Position numbers and translations under genes: made by a program | Notes under the pieces: generated by a model | The model's input: only the letters and a program-made list of their open reading frames with translations | Told to the model about the DNA's origin: nothing | The model's database searches: none | Shown here: positions 21,459 through 31,805 of the stretch, in pieces | Layout: every line of letters begins with the position of its first letter | Numbering within the stretch: position 1 is the stretch's first letter | Assembly (NCBI GenBank): GCA_050290185.1 | Contig: JBNKHE010000003.1 | Coordinates: forward strand, 224,001 to 288,000 | Length of the DNA: 64,000 nt | Direction of reading: 5' to 3' | DNA from: Pontiella sp. | GTDB taxonomy: Bacteria; Verrucomicrobiota; Kiritimatiellia; Kiritimatiellales; Pontiellaceae

Positions 21459-22679
21459 GTGAGGACCAAACGGACAAAGACCTTGGGAGCGGCTTTGGCC
21501 GCGCTGGCCTGTTTTGCCGCATCACCGAGTCTCGCCGGCTCGCGCGGCGACTTCAAGTATGCAAGCAATGGCTCGGCCGTCATCATCACCAAATACACCG
21601 GTGGCGGCGGCGATGTAACTATTCCCGGAACAATTAAGGGCCTTCCTGTCAATGTTATTGGCAGGAGGGCGTTTGCCGAATGTCCCGGCCTGACGAGCGT
21701 GACTATTCCCGACAGCGTCACTTCCATTGATGGTTATGCGTTCTTCTGTTGTTCCAGCCTGACTAGCGTGAGGATCGGTAGCGGAGTGATTTCCATTGGC
21801 GATGACGCGTTTTACAGTACCGGCCTGACGAGCTTGTATATCCCCGACAGCGTTGCCTCCATTGGCAAGGAGGCGTTTGAGAATTGTTCCATGACGAGTG
21901 TGCGGCTCCCTGCCAGTGTCACCTCCATTGGCGATATGGCGTTTGGCCGCTGTTCCCGCCTAACCAGCATAACTGTGGATGTAAACAATACCAACTTCAT
22001 CTGCTCAGGAGATGTGTTGTTTGATAAATCCATGGCTACGCTTCTCTGTTTCCCAGCAGGTTTGGATGGTAATTATGCTGTTCCCGATAGCGTCACTTCC
22101 ATTGGCGATCATGCGTTCTACTGCTCCGGACTGACGAGTGTGACTATGCCCGATAGCGTCGTCTCCATTGGTAAGGGTGCGTTTTGGAATTGTTCCCTGA
22201 CGAGCGTGACTATTCCCGACAGCGTCACTTCCATTGGCGATCAGGCATTTTGTCTTTGTCGTAACCTGACGAGTATAACTGTCGATGCAGACAATACCCA
22301 CTACTGCACCTGCGCAAAAGGCGTGCTGTTTGATAAATCCATGTCTACGCTTCTTTGTTCACCCACAAGCTTGGAAGGCAATTATGCTATACCCGACAGC
22401 GTCACCTCCATTGGCGGGCGTGCATTTTCCCGTTGTTCCGCCTTGAGGAACGTGACGATACCCGCCGGCGTCTCCTCTATCGGTGATTTTGCGTTTACCT
22501 GTTGTAGCGACCTGAAGCGGGTTTGTTTTCTGGGAAACATGCCTACGTTGGGTACGGGCATTTTCAATTCTGCCGACGATGTAAAAGTCTATTATAGGCG
22601 GGGTGCAAAAGGCTGGGGCAAAAAGTGTGGTGGACGTGAGGCGGTTGCTGCTAGCTCATCTAAACTTTGGAAGGATTGA
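21459..22679 (+). CDS. Secreted BspA-type leucine-rich repeat protein
   Basis: Signal peptide; IITKYTG cap; repeats of LTSVTIPDSVTSIG..AF..C; AAGGAG RBS before GTG. Confidence 0.9.
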   Translation: MRTKRTKTLGAALAALACFAASPSLAGSRGDFKYASNGSAVIITKYTGGGGDVTIPGTIKGLPVNVIGRRAFAECPGLTSVTIPDSVTSIDGYAFFCCSSLTSVRIGSGVISIGDDAFYSTGLTSLYIPDSVASIGKEAFENCSMTSVRLPASVTSIGDMAFGRCSRLTSITVDVNNTNFICSGDVLFDKSMATLLCFPAGLDGNYAVPDSVTSIGDHAFYCSGLTSVTMPDSVVSIGKGAFWNCSLTSVTIPDSVTSIGDQAFCLCRNLTSITVDADNTHYCTCAKGVLFDKSMSTLLCSPTSLEGNYAIPDSVTSIGGRAFSRCSALRNVTIPAGVSSIGDFAFTCCSDLKRVCFLGNMPTLGTGIFNSADDVKVYYRRGAKGWGKKCGGREAVAASSSKLWKD

Positions 22680-22709
22680 TATGGCCGCCAATGGTCAGGG
22701 CCGACTGCA

Positions 22710-23615
22710 TCACCCCTGACCCTTCGTTTTGGTTTTTCCGGCTTTTGCGTTTTTCTCGATGTAATCGATGATCTGGTCTGCAATATCCTTACCCGTCGCC
22801 TTTTCAATGCCCTCCAGTCCGGGGCTGGAATTGACCTCCATGATTACGGGTCCATGGTTGGAACGCAACAGATCAACCCCTGCCACGTTAAGTCCCATGA
22901 TCCTGGCTGCGCGTACGGCGGTTGAACGCTCCTCCGGGGTGATGCGGATGAGGGAGGAGGAGCCGCCCCGGTGCAGATTGGATCGAAATTCTCCTGGAGC
23001 TGCTGTGCGTTGCATCGCTGCGACGACCTTGCCGCCAATCACGAAGCAGCGGATATCGGCCCCCTTGGATTCCTTGATGTATTCCTGCACCAGGATGTTG
23101 GCCTTCACGCCCATGAAGCCCTCAATTACGCTTTCGGCGGCTTTCTGGGTTTCGGCCAAAACCACGCCGATGCCCTGCGTGCCTTCCAGCAGTTTTACGA
23201 CCAGTGGAGCACCGCCGACCATCTTGATCACGTCCTTGATGTCGTCCGGCTTGCTGGCGAATCCGGTTACAGGCAGGCCGATCCCTTTGCGCGAGAGCAA
23301 CTGAAGGGAGCGCAGCTTATCGCGCGAACGCGTGATCGCTACGGATTCGTTCAGCGGGTAGACACCCATCATTTCAAACTGGCGCAATACGGCCGCGCCG
23401 TAGAAGGTAACCGATGCACCGATACGCGGAATAACGGCGTCGAAACCCGTAAGAGCTTCTCCTTTATAGTGGATCGTGGGATGGTGGGAGGCAATGTTCA
23501 TGTAGGCACGCAGCACGTCGATCGTCTGTATTTCATGCCCGCGCGCCTCCGCCGCTTCGCGGATGCGTCGGGTCGAATAGAGTTTCGTGTTTCTTGATAG
23601 CAAAGCGATTTTCAT
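22710..23615 (-). CDS. rimK: RimK family ATP-grasp alpha-L-glutamate ligase
   Basis: [71 protein letters not shown]. Confidence 0.97.
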   Translation of the reverse strand: MKIALLSRNTKLYSTRRIREAAEARGHEIQTIDVLRAYMNIASHHPTIHYKGEALTGFDAVIPRIGASVTFYGAAVLRQFEMMGVYPLNESVAITRSRDKLRSLQLLSRKGIGLPVTGFASKPDDIKDVIKMVGGAPLVVKLLEGTQGIGVVLAETQKAAESVIEGFMGVKANILVQEYIKESKGADIRCFVIGGKVVAAMQRTAAPGEFRSNLHRGGSSSLIRITPEERSTAVRAARIMGLNVAGVDLLRSNHGPVIMEVNSSPGLEGIEKATGKDIADQIIDYIEKNAKAGKTKTKGQG

Positions 23616-23635
23616 CAACAGGTTTCTCCAATAAA

Positions 23636-24094
23636 TCAGATTAGGCCGTAAAGCCTCTTCGCCTTCAGCCGGCCATTGAGATAGGAAGCGGCCGGATCCA
23701 CCACGACATGTTCCTGCATCGCCCTGCGGCCCAGTAGCATGCGGAATCGCATCGTGTCCCGGTTGGTCAGCGACATATCGATCGGCCAGCCCTTATCGCC
23801 AATTCGAACCTGCGTTTCAATGATATAGCGCATTTCTTTATGCCCCCCGGAATCGCTCACCATCCGTTCATCCTTGATCGGCGCAACGCACTCGCATACC
23901 AGATCCCCGTTGCGTTGCAGTGGGTGTAGCCAGAATCGCACATATCCGACGCCGTTTTCGGTGAATGGTTCCACCTTGAATGCGTGAAGGGAGGAGGTCT
24001 TTGCCCCGGTATCGACCTTGACCTTGATGGCCGGAAGGCCCAGATCCGGGAGCGCGCACCATTCCCGCCATCCGAGTTTGAGTGGTTCTTCCAT
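23636..24094 (-). CDS. RimK-associated putative protease (RimB-like, retropepsin-type fold)
   Basis: [45 protein letters not shown]. Confidence 0.9.
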   Translation of the reverse strand: MEEPLKLGWREWCALPDLGLPAIKVKVDTGAKTSSLHAFKVEPFTENGVGYVRFWLHPLQRNGDLVCECVAPIKDERMVSDSGGHKEMRYIIETQVRIGDKGWPIDMSLTNRDTMRFRMLLGRRAMQEHVVVDPAASYLNGRLKAKRLYGLI

Positions 24095-24101
24095 GGGGAG
24101 C

Positions 24102-24713
24102 CTATTTCAGTGTAATGCGCCGGCCTTCAAAGTTGATCTGTCCCTCGGCGATCCATTGGAGCGATTCGGGATAGGCGATGTGTTCCTGTGCATGGATCTT
24201 GGTCATCAGCGAATCAAGCGTATCTGAATCCTCGATGGCCACGCATTTCTGGTTGATGATGGCACCGGTATCGACGCCGGCATCCACGAAATGAACGGTG
24301 CAACCGGTAAACTTTACGCCGTATTCGAATGCCTGCTTGCCGCCATCCAGCCCCGGAAAGCTCGGCAGCAGCGACGGGTGGATGTTGATGATCCGGCCGG
24401 CATAGGCATTGAGCAGGCCGTCCTTTACGATCCGCATGAAACCCGCCAGCGCGATGAAGTCGACGCCGTGTTCTTCCAGGATTTGCAGGACCTTTTGTTC
24501 CCCTTCGCCGTCGAGTTTGGTTTTGAAGGGCGCACAATCGAACCAGATGGCCGGAATGTTGTGTTTGCGGGCGCGTTCCAGAATGTAGGCGTCCTGCACG
24601 TCCGAAAGCACGCACTTGATCTCCGCGTTCAACGTGCCCGCTTCAATGGCATCGATGATCGCCTGGCAGTTTGTTCCCGACCCCGATCCAAATATCGCCA
24701 ACTTCAACATCAT
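24102..24713 (-). CDS. purN: Phosphoribosylglycinamide formyltransferase
   Basis: [41 protein letters not shown]. Confidence 0.96.
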   Translation of the reverse strand: MMLKLAIFGSGSGTNCQAIIDAIEAGTLNAEIKCVLSDVQDAYILERARKHNIPAIWFDCAPFKTKLDGEGEQKVLQILEEHGVDFIALAGFMRIVKDGLLNAYAGRIINIHPSLLPSFPGLDGGKQAFEYGVKFTGCTVHFVDAGVDTGAIINQKCVAIEDSDTLDSLMTKIHAQEHIAYPESLQWIAEGQINFEGRRITLK

Positions 24714-24789
24714 CCACTCCTTGTTGTTAAGAGGCTCTGAAGCTACTATGATTACTTGTTTTAAAACAACCCAAGACAGGAACTATACG

Positions 24790-25227
24790 ATGAATCTTAA
24801 AATCAAACCCTTGAACGAAACCGCCCGTGACACCTATTCCGACCACGGACATTTTCACGAAGGCGATGCCGGCCTCGATCTCTACGTGCTTGAAGATACC
24901 GTTATCCGCCCTGGAGAGACCAAGCCCATCCATTTGGGCATTGCCTGCGAACCGGAAGATGGTCGCGCCTATTTCCTGATGCCGCGCTCCAGTATCTCCA
25001 AGACCCCGTTGCGCATGGCTAATTCCATCGGACTTATCGACGGTGGCTATCGCGGCGAGCTGATCGCCATGTGCGACAATATCAAGGATTTTGCCTACAC
25101 CGCCGAAAAGGGCCAGCGCCTCTTCCAGGTCGTCGCCTGCGACTGCAGCCCGATCTACTATGAAATGGTCGAGGAACTCTCCGAAACCACCCGTGGGAGT
25201 GGCGGATTCGGGTCTACCGGGAAATAA
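24790..25227 (+). CDS. dut: dUTP diphosphatase (trimeric)
   Basis: DAGLDL, PRSS, NSIGLIDGGYRGE, RLFQ, RGSGGFGSTG. Confidence 0.95.
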   Translation: MNLKIKPLNETARDTYSDHGHFHEGDAGLDLYVLEDTVIRPGETKPIHLGIACEPEDGRAYFLMPRSSISKTPLRMANSIGLIDGGYRGELIAMCDNIKDFAYTAEKGQRLFQVVACDCSPIYYEMVEELSETTRGSGGFGSTGK

Positions 25228-25276
25228 CGTCGACTAAAGGCGTGACCTTTGTTTTAAATGGACGTACTTCTTAAGT

Positions 25277-26035
25277 ATGTCATTATTGGAAAAAGAAGTG
25301 ATTGCGGCCTATGAGGTCAAGCCGGCGCCGTTACGGGTCTGCGATATGCCGGCCCAGTTGCGTCCGCGCGAGGAGTTTGAACGCGTAGGTGCCGAGAATG
25401 TATCCGATGCGGTTCTGCTGGCGCTGATACTGCGCACGGGCTCAACCGGAATAAACGTGGTCGAGGTGTCCCAGCGGCTTCTTTCTTCTTTCGGTTCGCT
25501 GACCGCACTGGCCCGTGCATCCGCTAAGGAACTGCAAATGGTCGACAGCATCGGGCCTGTTAAGGCGCAGATGATCAAGGCCGCGATGGAGCTGGCCCAG
25601 CGGCTGACCCGTGAAAGCGTGGGTGAAAATCCAATGGTCACCACGCCGGAGCAGGCCGCCGCCGTTTTGCGTGAACGCGCCCGCATCCTGCAGCACGAGG
25701 TGTTTTGGGCGCTGATGCTCGATACTAAAAACCGGTTAATTGGTGAACCGCAACAGATCAGCGAAGGCACGCTCAACAGCAGTCTGGTGCATCCGCGCGA
25801 GTTGTTTAAACGGGCACTGCAGCATTCCTGCGCCGCCGTCATCCTCGCCCACAACCATCCTTCCGGAGACCCGGCACCATCCGCTGAGGACATCAAGGTC
25901 ACCAAGCAGCTCGTCGGCGCGGGGGAAGTCATGGGCATCAAGGTGCTCGATCACATTGTCATCGGTCACCGCCGCCACCACGCCCATACCGATTTTTTTA
26001 GTCTTCGCGAAGCCGGTTTGGTTAATTTTGGGTGA
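25277..26035 (+). CDS. radC: RadC / UPF0758 JAB-domain protein
   Basis: RPRE, LLALILRTG, helix-hairpin-helix IGPVKA, GTLNSSLVHPRE, HNHPSGDP.PS.ED, LDHIVIG. Confidence 0.95.
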   Translation: MSLLEKEVIAAYEVKPAPLRVCDMPAQLRPREEFERVGAENVSDAVLLALILRTGSTGINVVEVSQRLLSSFGSLTALARASAKELQMVDSIGPVKAQMIKAAMELAQRLTRESVGENPMVTTPEQAAAVLRERARILQHEVFWALMLDTKNRLIGEPQQISEGTLNSSLVHPRELFKRALQHSCAAVILAHNHPSGDPAPSAEDIKVTKQLVGAGEVMGIKVLDHIVIGHRRHHAHTDFFSLREAGLVNFG

Positions 26036-26039
26036 TGGT

Positions 26040-26064
26040 GTAGGGCGGGATCCGCGACCCCGCC
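26040..26064 (+). repeat. GTAG-type REP-like hairpin
   Basis: GTAG followed by imperfect palindrome GGCGGGATC-CGC-GACCCCGCC between convergent genes. Confidence 0.55.
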
Positions 26065-26086
26065 TCCGGGGGACGCGGCCAGCTTG

Positions 26087-28237
26087 TTACGGAATGACGA
26101 TTTCAGCACATGCGGCGGCGGCAGGATCCAGCCGCTCTGATAACGTTTCCTCGATCACTCCGGATTCGCGTTTGACTCGATCGGAGAAACGTTGTTCACC
26201 ATTGATGTTTACGGTGACCGGCTGGTCCAGATTGATCAAGCCGTCCGAAAGCCGGATGCGCATGCCGGACGGAATGTCGCCCTCGAGATCGATGTGCTGC
26301 TGTTCGACGGTCGCGAGGATCTTTTGTCCCTTGGTTGCGGAACCTTCCGGAAGTTTCAGCCAGTAGAAGCGATTGTGGATAACATCGTCCTGAAGCCAGA
26401 CGATTTTGGTTGGCCATGGATTGCGCTCATAGTCTTCCATCCAAGGCAGGGCCTCCTGGTCCTTGCCGTTCATCCAGTGTCCCATGCCGTCGTAGATCCG
26501 GGTCCTATGGACATAGCCGTCCTTGTCTTCTCTGTGGAGCTTGTCAAGTTGCTTGGCCCTCTTCTCGACCACTTTGCTTCGGTCGTAGGCGTTGTCGTCC
26601 GCGCCCACAAAGATGGCAAACGGCAGGTTCCGGAGTCCGAGAACGGAACTTTCATTGGGATGGCCCGCCATCATGGCAGCGGCGGCAAAGCGGTCGGCCA
26701 TGCGCGGTGCCAACTGCCATACACCATCACCGCCGGCGGAGTAGCCCATGAGATAGATCCGGTTGGGATCGACTCCACGCAACGCCACAAAATCTTCGAT
26801 CAGCCGTTGAAACATAGGATCGATATGTGCCTCGTGCCAAAGGTTCCATGTATCGGTTGGCGCGCGGGGAGCGATGTAGATTCCTTCCTTTGGCTGGTAG
26901 AGGTTGGCTTGGTTTTGCCATTGCTGGTCGTTGAGCTCGCTCGGTGCATTGCCGCCTCCATGCATGGAGATCCAAAGACAGTGTCCGTTTGCGGGGGCCT
27001 TGCCAAAGGTCCGTTCCTCCCATTTCATGGTTTTGCCATCAAACTCGATGGCCTTGGCTTCCATCTCGGATTCGCGTTCCGGGCTCGTTTGATCCAGCAG
27101 CCGCCTGTAAATCCTTTGGATTTCGTCGGAGATTTTCGCCTTTCGAAGGACTTTGATTTCGCTCAATTCCTTTGGGGAGATTTTCATTTCATCGAAGCCG
27201 TCCCTAGCGGTAAACACGCTCGTTTCATAATTGCCGAACCGGATGCGATAGGAATTTCCAGGCGTGACGGATAGACGCGGCATGTCGTTCAGATCGGCGT
27301 CTTCCCCCTTGGTTTGAAAGGATTGCACCACGATGCCCGCTGGCGTGGTCAGGGCACCCTTTCGGGCAACCCGTGTTCCGTCCGGCGCGTAGAGTCGCAC
27401 CCCTAGCTCCGGCGAGGCCGGAGTGGGTTGCGCATAGCGGGAGGTGATGTTGACCGCCGCCACCGTTTTGTTGCCCTCTGCCCAGACCATGGGGAAATGG
27501 AGCCCGGTTTTCTTCCATGAGGTGGCATAGATGGCATGTTCGGGAACATCCTCTATCGCGGCGCCGGCATCGGCAACAAACCAGCCATGGTCGGGGCCTT
27601 CGGTGGTGTATTCGTCCGCGCCCATGAAATGCCATCCCTCATCCCAAAACTCCACCCAGGTATGGTTGCCATGCTTATTGCTCCAATTCGGGGTGCCTAC
27701 GGCACGTGCGGGGATTCCTGCCGCCCGGCAGGCATCGACCAGCAGGATGGACAGCCCGGTGCAGGAGGCATTGCCGGTTTTCATCGATTCGGACGGACTT
27801 TGGTCTGGACGTTCCCGCTCCGTGCTGTAGTGGACCCCAACGGCATCGAAGAAATCCCGGTTGAGCCTTTGGGCGGCTTCGGTTGACGTTTCGGCATCCT
27901 TTACAATTACAGATACTTTCTTGAAAAAATCCGTCCGCCACGGTTCGCGAGGTTCATTGAACACCGCATAGGGCAATACATCGTTGAGGAAAAGCTCTTC
28001 AGGAACCAGCTTCGCCCAGGGAAAGGTTGTCCGGGCCTTTAGGGCCAGTTCCAGATTTTCCATCAGGAACGCGGTGTCCAAGGTATTCCGATCCTGTTCC
28101 GGCATGTTCGTCACAAGAAATTCTGCCGCCAGCGTGCCCATTTCTCCATATTGCTGTTTTGCCGATTCCGGAAAGTCGCTTTGAGAGAACGCAACTGCCG
28201 GGGCCGTCAGCAACATGAGAATCACAATTTTTTTCAT
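26087..28237 (-). CDS. Secreted transglutaminase-like domain plus alpha/beta-hydrolase fusion protein
   Basis: Signal peptide MKKIVILMLL; ASCTGLS..AGIPAR..NHTWVE (Cys/His); MHGGG, GYSAGG nucleophile elbow, GADD, GMGHW. Confidence 0.85.
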   Translation of the reverse strand: MKKIVILMLLTAPAVAFSQSDFPESAKQQYGEMGTLAAEFLVTNMPEQDRNTLDTAFLMENLELALKARTTFPWAKLVPEELFLNDVLPYAVFNEPREPWRTDFFKKVSVIVKDAETSTEAAQRLNRDFFDAVGVHYSTERERPDQSPSESMKTGNASCTGLSILLVDACRAAGIPARAVGTPNWSNKHGNHTWVEFWDEGWHFMGADEYTTEGPDHGWFVADAGAAIEDVPEHAIYATSWKKTGLHFPMVWAEGNKTVAAVNITSRYAQPTPASPELGVRLYAPDGTRVARKGALTTPAGIVVQSFQTKGEDADLNDMPRLSVTPGNSYRIRFGNYETSVFTARDGFDEMKISPKELSEIKVLRKAKISDEIQRIYRRLLDQTSPERESEMEAKAIEFDGKTMKWEERTFGKAPANGHCLWISMHGGGNAPSELNDQQWQNQANLYQPKEGIYIAPRAPTDTWNLWHEAHIDPMFQRLIEDFVALRGVDPNRIYLMGYSAGGDGVWQLAPRMADRFAAAAMMAGHPNESSVLGLRNLPFAIFVGADDNAYDRSKVVEKRAKQLDKLHREDKDGYVHRTRIYDGMGHWMNGKDQEALPWMEDYERNPWPTKIVWLQDDVIHNRFYWLKLPEGSATKGQKILATVEQQHIDLEGDIPSGMRIRLSDGLINLDQPVTVNINGEQRFSDRVKRESGVIEETLSERLDPAAAACAEIVIP

Positions 28238-28422
28238 GGAGGGCAACATACTTGAAACGGGGCACGCCGCAAAATGGATTCTGGCGTAAACGCCCCGAAA
28301 AATCCGCATATAGGCGCCGTGGCGAAAATGGCAAAACCTGCCTTCGAGCATCCGGACTTCAATGAGGGATCGCGGCTACAGGCTTGGCGTGCTGACTAAA
28401 ACCTGCCATGCTCTCGCGCATT

Positions 28423-29631
28423 ATGAACAAACGGATTCTGCATTTTGAGAGCATTGGCGGAGCGAGCGGGGACATGATTCTCGGAGCACTCATCGGATTG
28501 GGCGTGCCTGTCGAAGAGCTGAACGAAGAACTCAAGGCGCTCAAGATCGATCCATTCGAGATCATCGTCGAGGACGTGGTCGAACAGGGCATGAGTGGAG
28601 TGCGGGCGCGGGTGGAAGTGCATGAGCATCGACACCACCCGCATCATCACGGCGAGCACGAACATCACCATGGCCGTCACTTGAGCACGATTCTGAAACT
28701 GATTGGTGCCAGCGACCTGCCGGATGCCGTAAAGGCAAATGCCTCGGCCGTTTTCCAGAAGATCGGCGAGGCGGAGGCGGCGATCCACAACATCGACATC
28801 GAAAAGATTCATTTTCATGAAGTCGGGGCGATGGATTCGATCGTCGATATTGTCGGATGCTGTCTGGCCTTGCATAAGCTAGATGTTGGCGGTGTTTCAG
28901 TCCGAAGTCTGCCGCAGGGGCACGGCACGATCGAATGCGCGCACGGCACCTATCCGAATCCCGCACCCGCCACCCTGCGGATGCTGCAAGGTTTCCCGAC
29001 CGAGCAGGTTGACGAACCGTTCGAGCTGGTGACGCCGACCGGTGCCGCGTTGCTGTCGGTGTGGCGAACTGCCGTTTTGCCGGATGTTGGAAGCCTAGCC
29101 GCTCAAACGGCCTACAGTTTCGGGCATCGCCAACTGAGACATCGCCCCAACCTTTTACGTGCCACCATCTACGAATCAACCGAGGATAAGACCATAAACG
29201 AATGCCTGGTGCTGGAATGCAATCTAGACGACAGCACTCCCGAAATAGTCGGTTGTCTTTTCGATCAATTGCTTGAGTCCGGCGCACTTGATGTATTCAC
29301 CACACCGGTTTTCATGAAGAAACAGCGATCAGGCATTTTGCTGACTGTTTTATGCCTTCCCGCCGATCGCGAGCGGATGCTCGATCTCATTTTCCGTGAG
29401 TCGACCACGTTTGGAGTCCGGGAACATTTGACGAACCGCACCGTACTGGATCGCAGTTTCGAGTCCGTCGAAACACCATTTGGCCTGGTGCGCATCAAGA
29501 TCGGTAAGCGCGGCGGCGAAGCCGTTACGGCTTCGCCCGAGATCGAAGATTGCAGGAAATGCGCCTCGCAGGGTGGCGTGCCGGTGAAGAATGTGTATGA
29601 TGCCGCTCTTTCAATTTTCAACGGGAAGTAA
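28423..29631 (+). CDS. larC: Nickel pincer cofactor biosynthesis protein LarC
   Basis: GASGDM.LGAL, His-rich loop, AEA.IH, IHFHEVGA.DSIVDI, AHG..P.PAPAT, ELVTPTGAA, ECNLDD, MKK.R, ESTTFGVR. Confidence 0.93.
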   Translation: MNKRILHFESIGGASGDMILGALIGLGVPVEELNEELKALKIDPFEIIVEDVVEQGMSGVRARVEVHEHRHHPHHHGEHEHHHGRHLSTILKLIGASDLPDAVKANASAVFQKIGEAEAAIHNIDIEKIHFHEVGAMDSIVDIVGCCLALHKLDVGGVSVRSLPQGHGTIECAHGTYPNPAPATLRMLQGFPTEQVDEPFELVTPTGAALLSVWRTAVLPDVGSLAAQTAYSFGHRQLRHRPNLLRATIYESTEDKTINECLVLECNLDDSTPEIVGCLFDQLLESGALDVFTTPVFMKKQRSGILLTVLCLPADRERMLDLIFRESTTFGVREHLTNRTVLDRSFESVETPFGLVRIKIGKRGGEAVTASPEIEDCRKCASQGGVPVKNVYDAALSIFNGK

Positions 29632-29634
29632 TAA

Positions 29635-30393
29635 ATGCTGGCTAAACGAATCATACCCTGCCTGGATGTGACCGGCGGGCGCGTTGTGAAAGGCGTGAAT
29701 TTTGTGGATCTGCGCGACGCGGGCGATCCGGTGGAGTGCGCCAAGGCGTACGAAGAGCAGGGCGCGGACGAACTGACTTTTCTCGACATTACGGCATCGA
29801 GCGATGCCCGCGAGACGATGGTCGACATTGTCCGCCGCTGCGCGGAGCAGGTATTTATGCCGTTGACCGTCGGCGGCGGGATCCGCACGGCGGCCGATGT
29901 GCGCCGCATGCTCAAGGCTGGTGCCGACAAGGTTTCGTTCAATACGGCGGCGATCAACAATCCCGACATTCTCAATGAATGCTCCGACATGTTCGGCTCC
30001 CAGTGCACGGTTTTGGCGATTGATGCGCGCCGCAAGGGCGACGGCACGTGGGGCGTCTACACCCACGGTGGACGCAACCCTACAGAACTGGATGCGATCC
30101 AATGGGCGATCGAAGGCACCCAGCGCGGGGCGGGGGAAATTCTGCTGACCAGCATGGATGCCGACGGCACCAAGGATGGCTATGATCTGGATCTGACCCG
30201 GGCAATTTCCGAAGCGGTCAATGTGCCGGTCATTGCATCCGGCGGGGCGGGAACGCTCGACCATTTGGTCGAGGCCGTGACCATAGGTAAAGCTGATGCC
30301 GTACTGGCCGCTTCCATCTTCCACTTTGGGGAATTCACCATCCGCGAGGTGAAGGAATACATGCGCAAAAAGGGCATCGAGGTACGGCTGTAG
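29635..30393 (+). CDS. hisF: Imidazole glycerol phosphate synthase cyclase subunit
   Basis: [64 protein letters not shown]. Confidence 0.98.
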   Translation: MLAKRIIPCLDVTGGRVVKGVNFVDLRDAGDPVECAKAYEEQGADELTFLDITASSDARETMVDIVRRCAEQVFMPLTVGGGIRTAADVRRMLKAGADKVSFNTAAINNPDILNECSDMFGSQCTVLAIDARRKGDGTWGVYTHGGRNPTELDAIQWAIEGTQRGAGEILLTSMDADGTKDGYDLDLTRAISEAVNVPVIASGGAGTLDHLVEAVTIGKADAVLAASIFHFGEFTIREVKEYMRKKGIEVRL

Positions 30394-30515
30394 CCTGAAT
30401 TGTTCATGCGATGCTCGAATAAGTCGCATTCCAAACCACTCGCCTGATGGGGTGGGAGCCCGAGTTCCATTCAACACCTTCCCGTTCGGTGAAGATCGCT
30501 GCTTCGCTTCTTCCC

Positions 30516-31805
30516 ATGAAAACCCTTTCGCCCAAACATGTCGCTGAATTCAACCGCATCCTAGCCACACAGAAGGCGTCCGAGAGGGAGCGGTCCGACT
30601 ATTTGAAGTGGTTAAATTGCTATCTGAGGTTCTGTGAAAAACGGAATTATCTCCCAGGGGATCCGGCGAGTCTTCCGTCATTTATGCAGCAGCTTGCATT
30701 AAGAAAGAAGTCGCATGAAAAGCAGGGGCAGGCTGCTGCGGCCGTGAGCATCTATCTTGAAATGGTGGCACGTCTCGAAAGAATGACGGATCCTGGTGCG
30801 GAGTTGGCGGGCCGGCAAGCGGCTTGGAGGGAATACCTGCAGCGGTTAACGAACGAGATTCTTCTTCGGCACTATTCGCAACGGACGTTGCAGGCCTACC
30901 GCCAATGGGCGCGCAAATTCATGCTGCATTCCGCATTCAAGCATCCCGCAGAGCTGGATAGCGATGACGCACGCCGGTTCCTGACCGATCTTGCCGTAGT
31001 GAAACACGTGGCCGCATCGACGCAGAATCAGGCCTTCAATGCGCTGTTGTTTTTCTATCGCCATGTGCTCAAGGCGGACTACGATCTGAAGGACTCGGTG
31101 GTGCGTGCAAGACGCACGAAATATATCCCGGTTGTCCTGACCCGGGCGGAGGTGGATCGCATTATGACGCATCTGCCATATCCGCACAATCTGGTGGTAA
31201 AGCTCATGTATGGGTGCGGGCTGCGGCTATTCGAGTGTCTCAACCTGCGGGTGCATTGCCTCAATATGACCGATGGCCTTTTAACCGTGCATGACGGGAA
31301 GGGGCGGAAGGACCGTACTTTGCCGCTACCGAAGGTGGTTAGGGGAGAGCTAGAGGATCATCTACGCCGTGTGGAAAAGCTTCTCCGCAAGGATTTGGAT
31401 CGGGGGTATGCGGGAGTTTTCATGCCGGGAGGAATGGATCGGAAATGGAAAAACGCTTCGGTCGAGCTGGGATGGCAGTGGGTGTTTCCTGCCAAAAGGC
31501 CGACACTTGTGCCCGAGTCGGGAGAGTTCCGGCGCTATCATCTTCACGAAGGCCAGTTGCAGGAGTCGTTGCGTCTGGCCAAACGCCAGTCGGGCATCTG
31601 CAAGCGGGTGACTTCCCATGTCTTCCGCCACAGCTTCGCGAGTCACCTGTTGCAGGCCAACTATGACATTCGTACTATCCAGGAAATGCTGGGGCATGCC
31701 GATTTGCGAACCACCATGATCTATACCCATACGGTCAAGAGCCGCACCCTGAAGGAGCGGGAAAGCCCGTTGGATTTTGAACCAGTCCGGGATTGTCCGG
31801 AATAA
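30516..31805 (+). mobile_element. intI: Integron integrase (tyrosine recombinase) with long N-terminal extension; no cassettes seen
   Basis: HYS.RT..AY, VAASTQNQAFNALLF, P.VLT..EV, YGCGLR, GKGRKDR, integron-specific insert GVFMP..MDRKW..A..ELGWQWVFPA, RRYHLHE, HVFRHSFA.HLL, QEMLGH.D..TTMIYTH. Confidence 0.92.

Noticed and set aside
21680..22500. Possible CRISPR array or DGR template/variable repeat pair
   Set aside because: The repeats are in-frame LRR coding units without unique spacers; no cas or reverse transcriptase gene; differences are not adenine-specific
25277..26035. radC as a marker of a mobile element
   Set aside because: It is the full-length chromosomal form with N-terminal HhH region next to dut, not the short element-borne type
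28333..28407. Direct repeat AAAACCTGCC twice upstream of larC
   Set aside because: Only 10 bp, two copies 65 bp apart; could be an operator but not distinguishable from chance
30394..30515. attC site or LexA box upstream of the integrase
   Set aside because: Only a weak ATGCGA/TCGCAT hairpin and a single TGTTC half-site; no paired R and L boxes
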